A DNA stretch of 64,000 bases from Ostrea edulis (lineage: Eukaryota). Within the stretch, counting starts at the first letter, position 1, and the number at the start of each line of letters is the position of its first letter. The stretch is taken from contig NC_079168.1 in assembly GCF_947568905.1 (NCBI RefSeq), forward strand, positions 31,248,001 through 31,312,000, in the 5' to 3' direction. The notes below the pieces were generated by a model. That model worked only from the letters and a program-made list of their open reading frames with translations. It was not told the origin of the DNA and searched no databases. This document shows positions 27,815 through 41,640 of the stretch, piece by piece. Position numbers and translations under genes: made by a program.

Positions 27815-29024
27815 ATCAGAGTATTCCATAATATATGACCATAAAAATGGTGTTAACTTCAGAATGGCCCAATAAGAAGTGTTTTTTCTATCACATGAGA
27901 GTGCAAAGTTGGAAAATTTTCAAATATCCCACTATAATGCATGCTTTCTAACTTTTGGGGCCGAAATGCAGTGGGAACGGCATACCAGTTTCTTTGTGAT
28001 CAATCTCACAATGAACAACACTAAAATCAACAATTACTTATAATCAAAATTATACACAACTCTGTAATGATTGTTTGCAATGTATATTATATTCCTACAG
28101 TTACACTTAATTATTATGCATAAAACCATATACAAGGTACAACACAAAAAAATATCACATATTGACTGGTTTTATTTCCTCAAAGTCTCAAAAAAACTCA
28201 TAGAATTCCTTGCACGCTTGCCAAATTTTCATTTGGTTACTTAACTTTAGTTCAGAAATCCCCCATACAACTATTTTATGCAGTGTTTCTATAATCTCTT
28301 TGTTAATGTTTTGTCCTCCATGTTTACTGAACAAACCATTAAATCAATCTAATCTAGTTAACATGGATATATGAAATTGCTTTATTTTATGACATCAAAA
28401 GAAAACTTGTTCCAAAAATGGTGTCCAACCATTTTCAATGATAAATGAAATTGCATTGTAATAATACCAATATTCTTTACATATATAGATTGCATTACAG
28501 AAATCCCAGTGTGTGACCCATTAACACTTAGGCCCTCCAACAATGACAGCTATTTTGTTTGACCACTGTCACTGTCTGCAATTAACAAAACAATATCCCC
28601 TCCTCACTCAAATGGATTTTTCTTTTTCTTTCTGGCTTTATAACAGAATACTGGCATGGATAGAAAATGGAGATTTGAGAACTTTAAAGCTGTCACAGTC
28701 TGATATTTTGACAAATTTTGTCCATCTGATAAAAATTTAAAAAAAAAAAAAAATATGTCGCATTTATGAAAGGTTCTAATATCACATGTTTGTTTACACC
28801 TGTAATCTATTACATAGTTTATGCGAGTCACCTAGTCATTTATTCATTGCTTGGGTTCTAACTGACTGATTTTAGTAAAGCCAAAGGACCATTGTAGACA
28901 TCAACCAACACAGATCAGCGGGTTTTTTCTACCCACTGGTACCCATTCAACTGGGGAAATAGCGTCAAAATCGAACAAATTGAGAATTTTCTACCAATGT
29001 ATCGGCAAATGATTTTAACTAAAA

Positions 29025-29758
29025 GAAAAAAAAAATCGCTAAAACGCATCAAAGATGCATATCGCCGAGTTGCAGTTTGGAATGTGTTCGGCCACAATAG
29101 GTATTTAGTGTGATAATGATCTTGACCTTTGGATTTCAAAAGCAACATGAATCTTGAATGTCATCAGGATTTGAAGTCTGATAAACATGCACCAGCAACT
29201 ACATGTAAAAAAGTTAGAGGCAAGCTCAAATCTACAGTATATAGTGAAAAAGAGACCATGACCTTTTGATCTCAAAATAAATAGGAACCTTTCTCTTTTG
29301 GATGTGATCAAAATATGTAAGTCTGACAAAGACGCACCAAGTAGTATGAAAGTTAGAGACCGGACAAGCTCAAATCTATGGCATTTATTGACAAAGAGAC
29401 CTTGACCTTTGTAATTTTGACCTCAAAATAAATAGGAAACTTCCTTTTTTTGATGTGATCATGACATGTAAGTTTCACAAAGATGCCCCTAGTAGTATGA
29501 AAGTTAGAGACCGGACAAGCTCAAATCCATGGCATTTAATGACAAAGTGACCTTGACCTTTGACCTTTTGACCTCAAAATAAATAAGAACCTTCCTCTTT
29601 TGGATGTGATCATGTTATGTAAGTCTCACAAAGATGCACCAAAAGTATGAAAGTCAGAGACCTGACAAGCTAATTGTGGATGCCGCCTGCCCAACTGACT
29701 GGACACCCATCCTTCGCCAAGTTAAAAGCCGAGATTTGCTACGCAACTCGGCTAAAAA
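29025..29758 (+). mobile_element. Helentron-type non-autonomous element with ~150-bp cores
   Basis: Subterminal inverted repeat gccgagttgc (~29065) / gcaactcggc (~29743); 3' hairpin aagccgagatttgctacgcaactcggctaaaaa; tandem cores between. Confidence 0.7.
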
Positions 29759-30298
29759 GTGAACAAAACAAGAAGCATTCATCTCTACAAACCTTTTTAC
29801 GGTAATATTTGCTGTTGTGAGACATAAGGCATCGTCGTAGGCTTGTTTTAGAATCATCGTAACTCTACAAAACACGCGTACTGCCATGATCTGTACTTTC
29901 GATTTGATATCAAAAGTGAACATTATAGTTAACTCATACAATGTTTCAGACTTAAGTAAATTACAATGTCAGCGGTCTATTTTTTTGGCAAGTGAATTGG
30001 AAAATTTTTAGTCTCAAAATTGGGGAAAATCAACGTTTTTTGGCATTGGGAATGGTACCGTTTATCGGTACCAGTTATATAAGGGGGGAAAATGCTGCAG
30101 ATACTGAAGAAAGAACATTTTGAAGTGCTCGAGACTGCACACATTTGTGTAAAACAGTTTTATTTGTGACCAAACTGAAATCTGCACTACAGAAATTTAT
30201 TACGATACATAATATTCCTGTTCTTCTTAAATTAATAAAGTGATGATTTTCTTCCAGTATACTTATATATATGGAAAACATTACATCTGTATTTAATA

Positions 30299-32168
30299 GG
30301 CCTTTCCGAAAACGTGAGTAATCTCTCTTTGTATTCTTACATATAGTGTGAATATGACAACTTCCGGGTAGTAACACACTCAGACTGCGCATATATTATA
30401 AGAGTTATATTAGTATGGGTGCTGTTCAAAATCGAAAACAGTTGAAATCATTTGTACGAGAGAGTAAGAAAATGTTAATGGAAACAAAAACGAATTTCTT
30501 GATCGAGTTGGGTGTGATTTTTGGGGGGGGTGGGGGGGGGGGAGGGGGGGTTAAAAATTAAATTGGAAATCAAGCAGACATTCGTTTACATATGTCTCCA
30601 ATAATGACTGACATAACTATTTTGTATGAAATCAGAACAGAACTTCTGATTCTCAAGAGATGACGGCATCTCATCAACTCAAAGCTCGGGTTTTATGAGG
30701 ATCGACACACGTGCAAAGATCTTGCATAACATCCCCCCCTTCCAAAATTAAAAAAAAAATCAATTAAATTAGGAAATCAACACTCTCATTGTTTTATCAG
30801 GGCTAAAATTATTCCACCAATACCAATTGACTCTTTCAAAAATAAACCAGATGTGCACACTATTTGGGTAACTTTCTCCAAAGTACCTGGACCTGTTCAA
30901 TTCTGTGTGCAAATCATTTGTACACTGCAGCATGAAGCTGGAATTGTTAATATCAACTGATATGTTTAAAATGCAGAAAAATAGGTAATTAAATAATTTT
31001 TTTAAAATTAATTTTGTTCAATATTGCTCGATTGATATAAATTATTTTTCATAGACCTGTGCGATCCCGCGGGAGGGGGGGGGGCATATTCTTAAATGTA
31101 CTCTCTGGGGGAAGGTAAGTTTAACCTCCAATAGAATGCTTTTGACGTCTCTATATCTTCCCTCTTTTATTCGTTTTAGCCCCCTTGCAATGTACTTGAT
31201 TATGTATAGGCACGTATCGTGTCATAACAGAAATTGCAATGACAGATTTAGACCCCCCTTTTCGCCACAAATTTACAAAATAAATTTAATAAAACTCCAA
31301 ATATTTTACCCAAAACGGCTGTATTTACAGGTACACATTCTTGCCGACTATAAATTTAGGGCGTTCAATCATAATTAAGTTATTTTATTTTCAAAACATT
31401 GCATGTGTAAATGTCAGTTTAAAGAGGGTTTGTGACGACGAATTTCTTTATGGTTATACTTGTATTTGAAACTGTATAAAATTTGTGGGCAGGCAGCTGG
31501 AAATCTGTCAGTGGCCTCTCACTTACAAGTACAGGTTGGGATAAATTTTACTCGCCAATCGAAGAGATGGACATTTTCAAAATCCAGGTGTCAGTCCGAC
31601 ATACCAAGACGTAAATCGTGGCAGAACTTTTATCGCTGAATGTACTACATTGATATTGAACAAGTAACTTCTGATATTTTATTATAAATCTGACTGTATT
31701 AAAACATGGGCTAAAGATCCAGAGGAAATGTATGCAATATATGATATATACTAATTTCAGTCATAAAACATGTGAAATCCTGGAAAATGGGGGGGGGGGG
31801 GGGGGGGGGGTAGTTAGAATAATCTAACTGCGTCTCGGGACAGGCCCGCCGTAGGAAATTACATCACTTTAACGATAGAACATTCTATCGGGGAGGGGGG
31901 TGTCCACTATTTACAACATTAATTTTCTATTATTTCTACATACACAGTTGGTTATTTTCACATGTATGAAGTAAACTTATGCATTGGGATTTTTTATTAA
32001 TGTTAACATATTTGTTGGTGTAAAATTATACAGCAATATCTTTGCGGCCTTCTGCACTGTTGATAATGACGCTTCTCGAATATACTACCCGGAAGTCATA
32101 AAACTATTGTTACGTAAGCGCACTACGTTAGGGATCAAGGAAAGATAACTCATGTTTTCGGATTGGCC
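30299..32168. mobile_element. ~1.9-kb non-autonomous DNA transposon with GGCC termini and TA TSD
   Basis: ta|ggcctttccgaaaacgtgag ... ctcatgttttcggattggcc|ta; a further inverted match (acttccgggtagta / tactacccggaagt) ~60-70 bp inside each end. Confidence 0.6.
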
Positions 32169-32866
32169 TATAGTGATGGGCTGATTATTGCCAACAATCA
32201 ACAGTCAATTGCTGAAGGCCTTCCAATTTTGATTATAGTTTTCATAATCGATTACATGGAGAAAAAAACACAGTGTAAAGCATAAAATACCTACAAATAA
32301 CTTGATATTTTTCAAATTCATAAAGAACATGCACTGTCATAACTATTACTGAATTCATTAAGAACATGCACTGTAAAACTATTACTGACAACCACATTCT
32401 CACTGGCCAGCATTTTGTTTGTTAAACATGCGAAACTAAAAAACAATGACCCTTACTTCCCTTAGGCAACATATTTGTCAGATTGCATTTGAAAGGTTAG
32501 AAATCTCACAGCGGGGAAAAAAACCCACCATGATAGGGTTGGGGTAAAATGAGGGTCCACCAGATGACACTACAAAAGTATACATAATTTACCCGGTACA
32601 TGAAAATATACCACTATCTGACAAATCATTTGGATTGGTTATGGTTAAAGAGACACATGAACAAGGTTTTGGGACTTCACTTTTTTAATACTCCCCAACC
32701 CATCAACATATCCCTTGGGTCAAATAACTACAAGTCATTCAATATTCCTATATAGGCTAGCATTAATTGAATCTGTTGTAGTTACTGTAATACAGCAGAG
32801 GTTAAGGCCTAAAAAATAATTCTGTGTTCCTGGTAACCCAACCAGTGATTTTTCAACATTCCTGTG

Positions 32867-33981
32867 CAGGGTTTGACACTAAGGCACGTCCAACCGACCG
32901 AGTCTAAATGATTGGTCCGGTTGGGTAAAATGTTGATTTACTAGTCCGACTGGCTGTGTTGAAAAAATAAACAAGAGACTTTACTTTAAACCACAAGATA
33001 TTTTATTCTTAACTAAAATAAATTAACTGTAAAGAGTTGGCGAGCAATTTTGAACCGCATGATGACATAATCTTTATTTTAAAGTTGCGGTCGGAAGTGA
33101 TGTTTTACAACATCTCTTCGATGTAAATGTTTGTAAAGTTATGTTTCCGATAAATAGATATATAAATTGAATTCATTTTCATATTTCAAAAACCCAGTTT
33201 ATTTGAATTAAATATAAGAAAGTGTTTATCAAATTAATAAATTGCATCTTGTGTCGTAAACAGCCATATTTCAGTGTTGATATATGTGCAAGAATGTCTA
33301 TATATTTAAATACGACTTCTCGTCCACAAGGAAAGATGTCACAAGAGAAAAAAAAGGAAAAGGTTGGGAAGAAATAAAGCATGGATTATGAAATAGAAAT
33401 TTTAAAAAAAAAACCAGTTGAGGTCAATTTTTATTAAATGGACTAAAGAATTTTGTTGCCAGGTACAGTAAATATTGTACATGTCATTAGTGATTGTCTA
33501 ATGGCACAATACTGTAGAATTTAAAGAGATAGAAATGTGTTTGAAAATAAAAGCATCTGAAGATCGATTTTATATTGTTTAACGAACGTCCCTCTCGAAA
33601 ATATTTCACTCATATGGAGACATCACCAATGCTGGTGAAGGGCTGCAAAATTTAGGCCTATGCTCGATACTTACGGTCTTTGAGCAGGGAGGGATATTAA
33701 ACGTGTCACACCTGCTGCGACACTGGGCCTCGGTTTTTGCAGTCTCATCTGAAGGACTGCCTTATTTAGTTGCCTTTTTACAAAAAGCAAGGGGTAGTGA
33801 GGACCTATGCTATCGGATAAAAGCATCAAATTGAATGATGAGACTAAAGATTTTTTCAGACAATTAAGTTTTCCTGGAAGGTTGGTCAGGGCTAGTGGAT
33901 GCAAGGTCGGGTCTAGTAAAAATCATTTGAAGTACTAAGCCCAACTGGTCTAGTGCTCAAAAGAGTAAATGTCAAACCCTG
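32867..33981. mobile_element. hAT-like non-autonomous element
   Basis: TIR CAGGGTTTGACA / TGTCAAACCCTG; the 8-bp flanks do not match, so the TSD is unsupported. Confidence 0.5.
33565..33812 (-). mobile_element. SINE-like repeat nested in a DNA-transposon-like element
   Basis: Colinear with other copies; head truncated. Confidence 0.75.
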
Positions 33982-34493
33982 AATGGCTTTTGAATTGGGA
34001 AAAATTGTCGACATTTTGATCAAATTAGGAAAACCTAGACATTATTGTAAACATGTTAAACATATATCCAACAAGAAATGAAACACAAATTGATGTCATT
34101 CTTCTTCTATTTTACATCATATTTAAATTTCTTTCCTTTCAACTCTTAAATTGTTTTGACTATTCTTTCTAAATCATCTAGAATTGATGCGTCTTTATCA
34201 TGCCATACATAAACTATTCACATTAAACTTAAAAATTCGTAATTTTTGGGAGGGGAAAGGGCCAACATTTGGACCTAAAATGGGTCTTAAAAAATCACTG
34301 CCAACTAACTGTATTTTTGAGCCCGCTACCCCAATTCTTTGATGGGTCGGCGGAGAGAGAAAAAAAATCCAGAATTTCGGGGTGGGAGGGGTGGTTCGAC
34401 ATAAGTTTTAATGAACTGTAATCACTTTCTAATGTGGAGGCTAAAAACTATACAAAACAAAAGGCATGGCCATCACCAGCTCAATATTAATTT

Positions 34494-34947
34494 GAGATTC
34501 CTCTGACTTTTACCACCACTTATTATAATGTGACGTGTGTGGGGAATTCAGAGTGAACTCCATATTGAAAAGTGGGAATGTCAGCGACACCAGTTTTACA
34601 ACTTTATTTTGATGGTCTACCTTCCAAAACATGAGAATTCAGTACAAGTTATAAATCATGACTAATATGATGTTATTGCCATTTAAACAACCTTAAACAT
34701 TAACAAATGAAGCATCAGTTTGATTTGGGTCACATCCCTGCCACTCTATTCTTTTGCGCATGACAACAGCACACAAAATTCCAATCAGTGTCAAAGTCGG
34801 TATGATAAATAGATCATTCGATAACATCTTGCGCCTTGGAAGGTAGATCAACGAAATTAAGTTGAAAAAGGTAGGCATTTTCAATATGGAATCCGCTCCA
34901 ACTTTTATATCACAATGTAAAAGCGTGGTAAGAGTCAGAGGAATCCC
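34494..34947. mobile_element. MITE with TIR gattcctctgacty ttacca; a ~105-bp deleted relative lies at ~21367-21468
   Basis: gattcctctgacttttacca ... tggtaagagtcagaggaatc. Confidence 0.6.
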
Positions 34948-37900
34948 CGATTAGTTCGATATTTGCAATCAAAATTGCAAAATGCAATTATTAATACGCA
35001 CATGTATATAGAATTTAAAAATGTGCTAAAATCCTTGGAGCACAATCAAAGTTTGACAGACGTATTTGAAGAACATAGGGACTGTTTGCGAGGTGAAATA
35101 TTTCAAGAATTTCCTATGTATATTTTTCACAAAAGAAAATTACTGACCCACCGACCCCTAATTTTGAAGATGTTTAAACTCATACCGGAAACACAGATTT
35201 TAATAGGCCTAATGGTGAATGTTCTCATCAATGAAATTTTCTAGTTCATAATAGACTTCATAAAGAAAAAATCTTGTTTCATTTCAGTTTGAGCAGTTTC
35301 CATTAATACTTCCCTCACCATTACATTGGTTAAGTTTGCCTTCATTTACACCAAATCCATTTAAAAAAAACTTGTGTTTAGGCCAATTCAACTTAATTGA
35401 TAGATTATCATCCCTGCCCACCCCTCAAAAATTGGCCCACCCTGAATTTTTTTATTTTGCGAAACTTGCAATTTCCGGAATATTTTCATGTCTGACTCCG
35501 GTATTTACACTTCTTGTTCACATTTCTGGTAGAGCAACGTGAAAAGCCATGTGACGAAAATAGATCTATATGGTTTTCTTAATTTCTCGCGTTCTTACAG
35601 ACGTAAATCTTGAAGAAGTTAGGTATATTTCTGTTATATCCTTAAATTAAAGCCTAACCTGGAATTAGTCTATGAAAATAGCATAGATTGATATCCATCT
35701 GCCATTAAATGATGCGGATCTGTTGAAATAAAAACTCGTTTGTCTTTAATATTCTTCTCAGAAAATAAAAAATTAAAATCCTCCCACCCGCCCCATACTT
35801 TTTGCTGACCCTGGATGATAATCTACTAATTAAGTTGAATTGGCCTTATGCTAAAACTATATAAAGATGGCATAATATACATATATGTCATGTTTATAAT
35901 TCTTATTATGTATTGTGATAGTTACCGTATTACATGGTAACCCCCCCCCCCCTCCCTTTCCCAGCCAAGCACATGATCTCCTCCACGTAACCATGGTAAC
36001 TATGAGTCAACTATAAATTAACAAAAAAAATGTTGAAAATCATATTCTTTTTTAAAATTCTATATCCTCAACAGTAGTTCTGGAACGCATATTGAAATTA
36101 AATGCAACACACTGCACTTACCACTAGCCTATGTATATATATATATATATATATATATAGGCCTATACACACAAGTAGGCTACAGTACTACAGCTTCAGA
36201 TCGACCATCGTAAAGCGGTCTGATTTCACTGCCCATCACTCTACATCAACTCTAAACAGACCAGTGTTATTGAGTTTATGTATCGCCAGTAATATAATAT
36301 ACTAAAGTCCATAAAGTACTATTGACATTTTATGGATAAATTGCCTTCGGCTTGAGCATTTGGGAATATAAAATCTCACAAATCAAATCCATAACCCAGT
36401 CACATGGGATGTTCGCATCAGCAACTACGTCATAAAACCAAACACTGACCAACTTATTTCCGGATAAAGTTTTTATGCCCTTTTTTTTTATCTATATATA
36501 GGCAATACAGTGAAAAGCATATGCTATCAGGCCCATCAAAAATAACTACATTGTGTGCAAATATAAATCAGTGTGGTTCTAACTACAGGGTTAAGTACAT
36601 TTGATTTCGTTTTTGATAGCCACGCTTTTGCTTGGAGTGGTACGGCCATCATTTGGAAATTGTCATTGATTAGGCCTATAAATTACACTCATTTTTTTTT
36701 TATATATAAAAAGAACTCAAATCTCCCATACATAACGTGACGTATAATAGAAATCAAAGGTCAGCAGTAAGCTTTAGAAATTTTAGTGGCATTTCAAGTA
36801 TGTCCAGTCTGTACCCTACAAACACATCGTAGCAAGAAAACAGTTCGATTTGAAGTTCTTCATTTTACGATGCAATTTTCAATTTGCTTCATTACTGATG
36901 GAAGCTGTAGACCAACACCGACTAAGATACAGGAAGAATTTATTACCCTTATATAAATAGTGCAATGTAAAAAAAAAAAACCAAAAAAAAAAAAACCCAA
37001 CACCTCCTCCATATTTTTCTCATGGAGAACACTACTGCAAACGGAATGCTCACTAAACTGAGACATAATTGTGCTTTAAACAAAGATTTATTTAGATGTA
37101 ATATCATTGAAAGTCCATTGTTTCTGTGTTCAAACAGAAGATGCCTACCACTTCTTTATCTCTTGTGTACAACATTCCACTCCTAGAAGCGATTTATTTA
37201 ATGTCATCTTTAAAATGAAAAATTTACGGTACATACTAGTGGATGCTTGTGTACTACTTTGGGGAGATAAATCCATTAGTATTAAAGAAATTGAAAATTT
37301 ATTTTCTATTGTACAATTATTTTCAAAGAGATTTAGTCGGGTTTTTTTGTTGTTTTTGTTTTGTTTTGTTTTTTTACCTTTACGCGCTATATAGGCCTAG
37401 TACTTCAATAATGTATATCATATAAATAATATTTATATATAAATTTGTGTATCAACTTCTTCATGTAAGAAATGACCGATGATACCATGCATACTATATT
37501 GTATACATAATGAACATTTCTGTAATTTGTTGTTTATACAAATTAGGAGAGGGCTTTTTAAGTTTAAAGCAATACAAGCTGTAACTGACGGCATATTTTT
37601 TCAACTATCTAATTATGAATCAATTACCTCCTATCGGTATAACTGATATAATCTCCAGGATCTAAAGAAAAATTCAACAAAATAAACTAGGGAATATTGT
37701 TTGAGAGCATACCTACAATCAGCGTTTCATATAAACCGCCATTGCATCGTATACACGGACGGACACGGGAACGATGATTGCCGAACATAATATTGGGTTG
37801 CTGAGACCGACGTCATATACAAAGACGGAATCTGACGTGAGTAACTACATGTTTGGTTTGTTTAAAATATTACATCGTTTCATGAATGACAAAAAAGTAC

Positions 37901-38483
37901 TATAAGAGTAAGAAAGTAATGATTACGTAAATGTGCAACTCAAATAAAATTTTGATAGTGAATTTTCTATAAAATTGGCATGTTAAATTGTTTACAAATC
38001 TGACACGTGCTCAGTGCCTCTCTTTCGCTTTTTTCCGAACTGGTGACCTCCGAGGTCAATGCACATCGGAGATTACGAACAGGAATTACTGACAGGATGA
38101 CAATGACTCATGAATCGACATTTTCTGCTGATTTTGACGGGTTTATTGCTTCAGATTCACTCTGATTCTAGATCAAGTTGTATGTATATAATAAAAAAAC
38201 AAAATGTTTTATTGTACATAAATTATGATGTCCCCATTTACAAAATCAGTTTGTTTCATGCATTAATGACGGGTTAAATATTGAACAGTTAGGAAATGCT
38301 AATAGGTTATAGACTTTGTATGGGAAAATATGACGACCGAGTTTTTTGGCGCGTCTTTTAAAGAAAAAAGAAGAGATGAAATTGAAAGTATATAATAAAT
38401 GTTGTTACTGCACACTGCCAATATTGATGAATCCTCGTCTATTTTGGATAATTTAACAACTAAATACTTAGCTATATAATAAA

Positions 38484-38605
38484 AGGGTTATTGAACTTAT
38501 ATAGGTGAATATTGACACTCGTTGGCTGTCAAAATGTACTCGCAAGCTCGTGCATTTTGACAGCCAACTCGTGCCAATATTCACCAATATAAGTTCAATA
38601 ACCCT
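38484..38605. repeat. 122-bp near-perfect foldback (MITE-like)
   Basis: agggttattgaacttatat...gctgtcaaaatg / cattttgacagc...atataagttcaataaccct; ~55-bp arms with a short loop. Confidence 0.85.
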
Positions 38606-39336
38606 ATAGTATTGCTTTAAAGAACTTGTGCCCAAACATTTTGTCGTTCATATATTGACAATAAAATATATGTTCAATTCAGTGCACAGTATACTTCCCA
38701 TTCAATCCTTTTTCACGTACCTCCTCTGAACAAAAAGCAATTAACATCAAACATAGACATTCAAATCGAGCTGAAATCATGCTAGTGCCTTCTCATTTAA
38801 AACGATAACACCGGCGTGGCCAGATTTTTGTTATTCTCCACGAAAACCAGTTGTATATTTTGGACATAGTTTGGGATCAATAACCCGTATATTGCAGGGA
38901 TCGTTTCTCTAGTTAGTCGTAAGGAATATCGCAATGAGGAAACGACAGCATCTTGTCTTCTGTTAGTCGTCTGATAAGAATACGAAACTATGGAATCCGC
39001 TGCTTAACTTTGAAATCTACATCCTCGTTGTGACGATACATTTTTCATTTTGGCGATACATCAGAAAAGTGATTTGCATCTGATTGGGGACTGCAGGTTA
39101 TTTAGAAAGATGCATGGGGGAAAAGGGAGAAACACCTAGATGCAAGTTTTCTTTTTACCAACCTTTCAGAATTTTGAATAATTCTAAGAAAGAGTTCGTC
39201 TGTAGGATTTGGCAGACGTTGTGCAACAAGAAAGGAGCTTGGGATGATAAATATCTGTTCATTTTAACAGGTCTGAGTCATGTTTGTATGCAAGCAGTTT
39301 GCTTGTTTGAAACAAAGAACTTGGTTTGTGTACACA

Positions 39337-39340
<4 letters not shown>

Positions 39341-39380
<40 letters not shown>
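39341..39380. repeat. (CT)20 microsatellite; (TA)n tracts also at ~36133-36158, ~57640-57686, ~58776-58812
   Basis: Read directly from the sequence. Confidence 0.95.
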
Positions 39381-39383
<3 letters not shown>

Positions 39384-39544
39384 GTTGTGAGCGTAATTGG
39401 TTAGTTTTACCATATAAAATTTACCCATACATGAAAAAATTAAACCGTGGTCATATGAACCGGATAGAAATATACAATCTGTGAACACTTGATCCCTAAA
39501 GAGACAATCCTAGTGACGTCGTGAATATAGAGGCCAGGATCATC

Positions 39545-40075
39545 CAATCACATGATCGACATCTCATCAACTGTCTACAACATACATATAAACTAGAAAT
39601 GTACGGTCGACATCTCATCAACTCTCGATAACATACATGTAGACTAGAAATGTACGGTCGACAGTTTATCAGAACTCGACAAAATGCATATGAACTAGAA
39701 ACGTATGGTTGACATTTCTTAAGAAGTCGACAATATATAGATGTAAATTAGAAATGTACGTTCGACAGTTCTTCAGAACTCGACAAAATGCATGTGAACT
39801 AGAAACGTATGGTCGACAGTTCGTCAGAAGTCGACAATATACTTGTAAACTAGAAATGTATGGTCGATATTTCTTCAGAACTCGACAACATACATGTAAA
39901 CTAGAAACGTATGGTCGGCATTTCTTCATATAAGTCGACAATATAGATGTAAACTAGAAACGTATGGTCGACAGTTCGTCAGAAGTCGACAATATACTTG
40001 TAAACTAGAGATGTATGGTCAACATTTTTTTCAAAAGTCAACAACATAAATGTCAACTAGAAAGTGTAGCGACCA
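39545..40075. repeat. ~52-bp degenerate minisatellite (~10 units)
   Basis: aaactagaaatgtatggtcgaca...agaactcgacaa...catgt. Confidence 0.85.
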
Positions 40076-40459
40076 ATTGTTCACTTTGTTTGTACCTGTT
40101 TCCACACATGTAAACAACATGTAGAAATGTAAACTGACCAATGGTTGAAACATATCATCTTGAAGTATTACGAATGCATGTTCAACAAATAATGTTTGGA
40201 CCAAAAACCCACTCCATGTAGTTGACCAATGGTGAGAACAAAATCTTTTTAGATCAGGTAAGGTGACCATTGGTCAAAACCATGTTGACTATTTGGTTAA
40301 GTATCTCTTCGTTAAAACAGACAATTAGCGAATGGCTTCCTCATATCTGTTGTCCTACTAGTTATCGAACTAAATAACGAGAGTTTACAAATTATCAGAT
40401 TGTTGAAAATTAACTACCAATATCCAGGAAAACAGCCCACCGGCTGCTCGGAGACCTAC

Positions 40460-40591
40460 CTTTTTATACACTAGATAGTTTGGATTATCTTCTGGGTTGA
40501 TCTGTCCATTTCCAAACATTACAGACGTAAGCGTGTTTGGCAGCGATTCTGTCCGCTGTTTATACAAAGGTCTACTTGAAGTCAACGCCAT
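40460..40591 (-). CDS. RGS7: RGS7/RGS6-like gene, first coding exon (44 codons, MALTSSRPLY...PEDNPNYLVYKK)
   Basis: ATG at 40591-40589 in gcaATGG context; ends AAG|gtaggt (phase 0 donor). C-terminal EDNPNYLVYKK resembles the RGS7 N-terminal DESPNMLVYRK (recalled). Joins in frame to the 13205-13301 exon. The start could instead be the internal ATG (MFGNGQ...). Confidence 0.85.
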
Positions 40592-41349
40592 TGCTTGTAA
40601 AGATCTCTCAGATCAGCTTTCAATTACACATGTATATCAACAAAGAACAGCCTTTTTGAATTTTACTGGGTAGAAAAATCATTTTTTTTCCAGATTTATT
40701 TCCCAGTCTGATTTTTTTTTTTATTTCGGGAAGCACACTCTTTTTGGACATCCACACACTATTGGATCAATATTCCATCTGCTGGTCCAAGGCATCCGAT
40801 GCACTGACTGTAATAATCTCGCGGATACTGCCAATAAAACACCACTTTGAAATCTTTTGACGTCCACGGAAGAAAGGCTTTTTCCCACTCTTTCAATGTG
40901 CAAATAATCATCCAGTGAGGGGAGAACGTTTAACACATTTCTTTCCCTTTTTTATTGAACTCGCTGAAAAATGTAATGCGAATCTGTTAAAACACCATAC
41001 GAGTTTTCGCGATCACTCCGATTGCCAATCGCCCGAGTTTGCTTCGCACACTGCTGACAAATTGTTTTGCCAATCCATTTTCTTTGCAGCGTACATCTAT
41101 TTCTGATTTTTTTCTCCCTCTCTCCTTTTAATTGATTGATCTGGAAACAAGATATTTCAAATAGAATTCCTTGCAATTAAACTCGATTTTCATCTCCGCA
41201 GAAACGAGAAGCATCTTGTATCACTGTGTTAGAAACACTCATCGAACCCTTTTCTCAAATTCATATCAGCAGCAGAAACACGAAATAATACAAGCGCTTA
41301 TCGGTCGGTAAATACATTTTCTTTTCAGAGTTTTAAAATTCAAACACTT

Positions 41350-41640
41350 CTATGTACACAAGAATTTTAATTACCAGTTTCCACGATTAAAACATGATTT
41401 GAATCAATTATTTGAAGCCCTCGAGCAAACATACTTTGCACTCAATAGTCGCATTGTCATACACGTTAGTGTAGGGGCTCGAAGGGGTTCCCAGAACACG
41501 ACAATCAATAGTCAAATTAAGCAATATGGTCTCATTCAATTTAATCAGATAAAAGAGAATCTGGAGAAACGAGAGAAAAAAATCTTGTAATCACTCGCGC
41601 GCGAGAGAGACCCCCTTCTACTCTCGTCTGCAGCTGAAGC
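41350..41640 (-). promoter_or_regulatory. Possible promoter / non-coding first exon region of the RGS7-like gene
   Basis: Unique sequence ~0.8-1 kb upstream of the ATG with a CpG cluster (ctcgcgcgcgag at ~41594-41605), a pyrimidine-rich stretch on minus and a candidate donor (ctg|gtaatt near 41370-41378). No transcript evidence. Confidence 0.25.

Noticed and set aside
32859-33989. 8-bp TSD for the CAGGG-ended element
   Set aside because: Flanks ttcctgtg and aatggctt do not match; the two ends may belong to different insertions.
38044-38060. TGACCTccgAGGTCA as a nuclear-receptor element
   Set aside because: Everted rather than ERE-type orientation, a single occurrence, and no supporting context.
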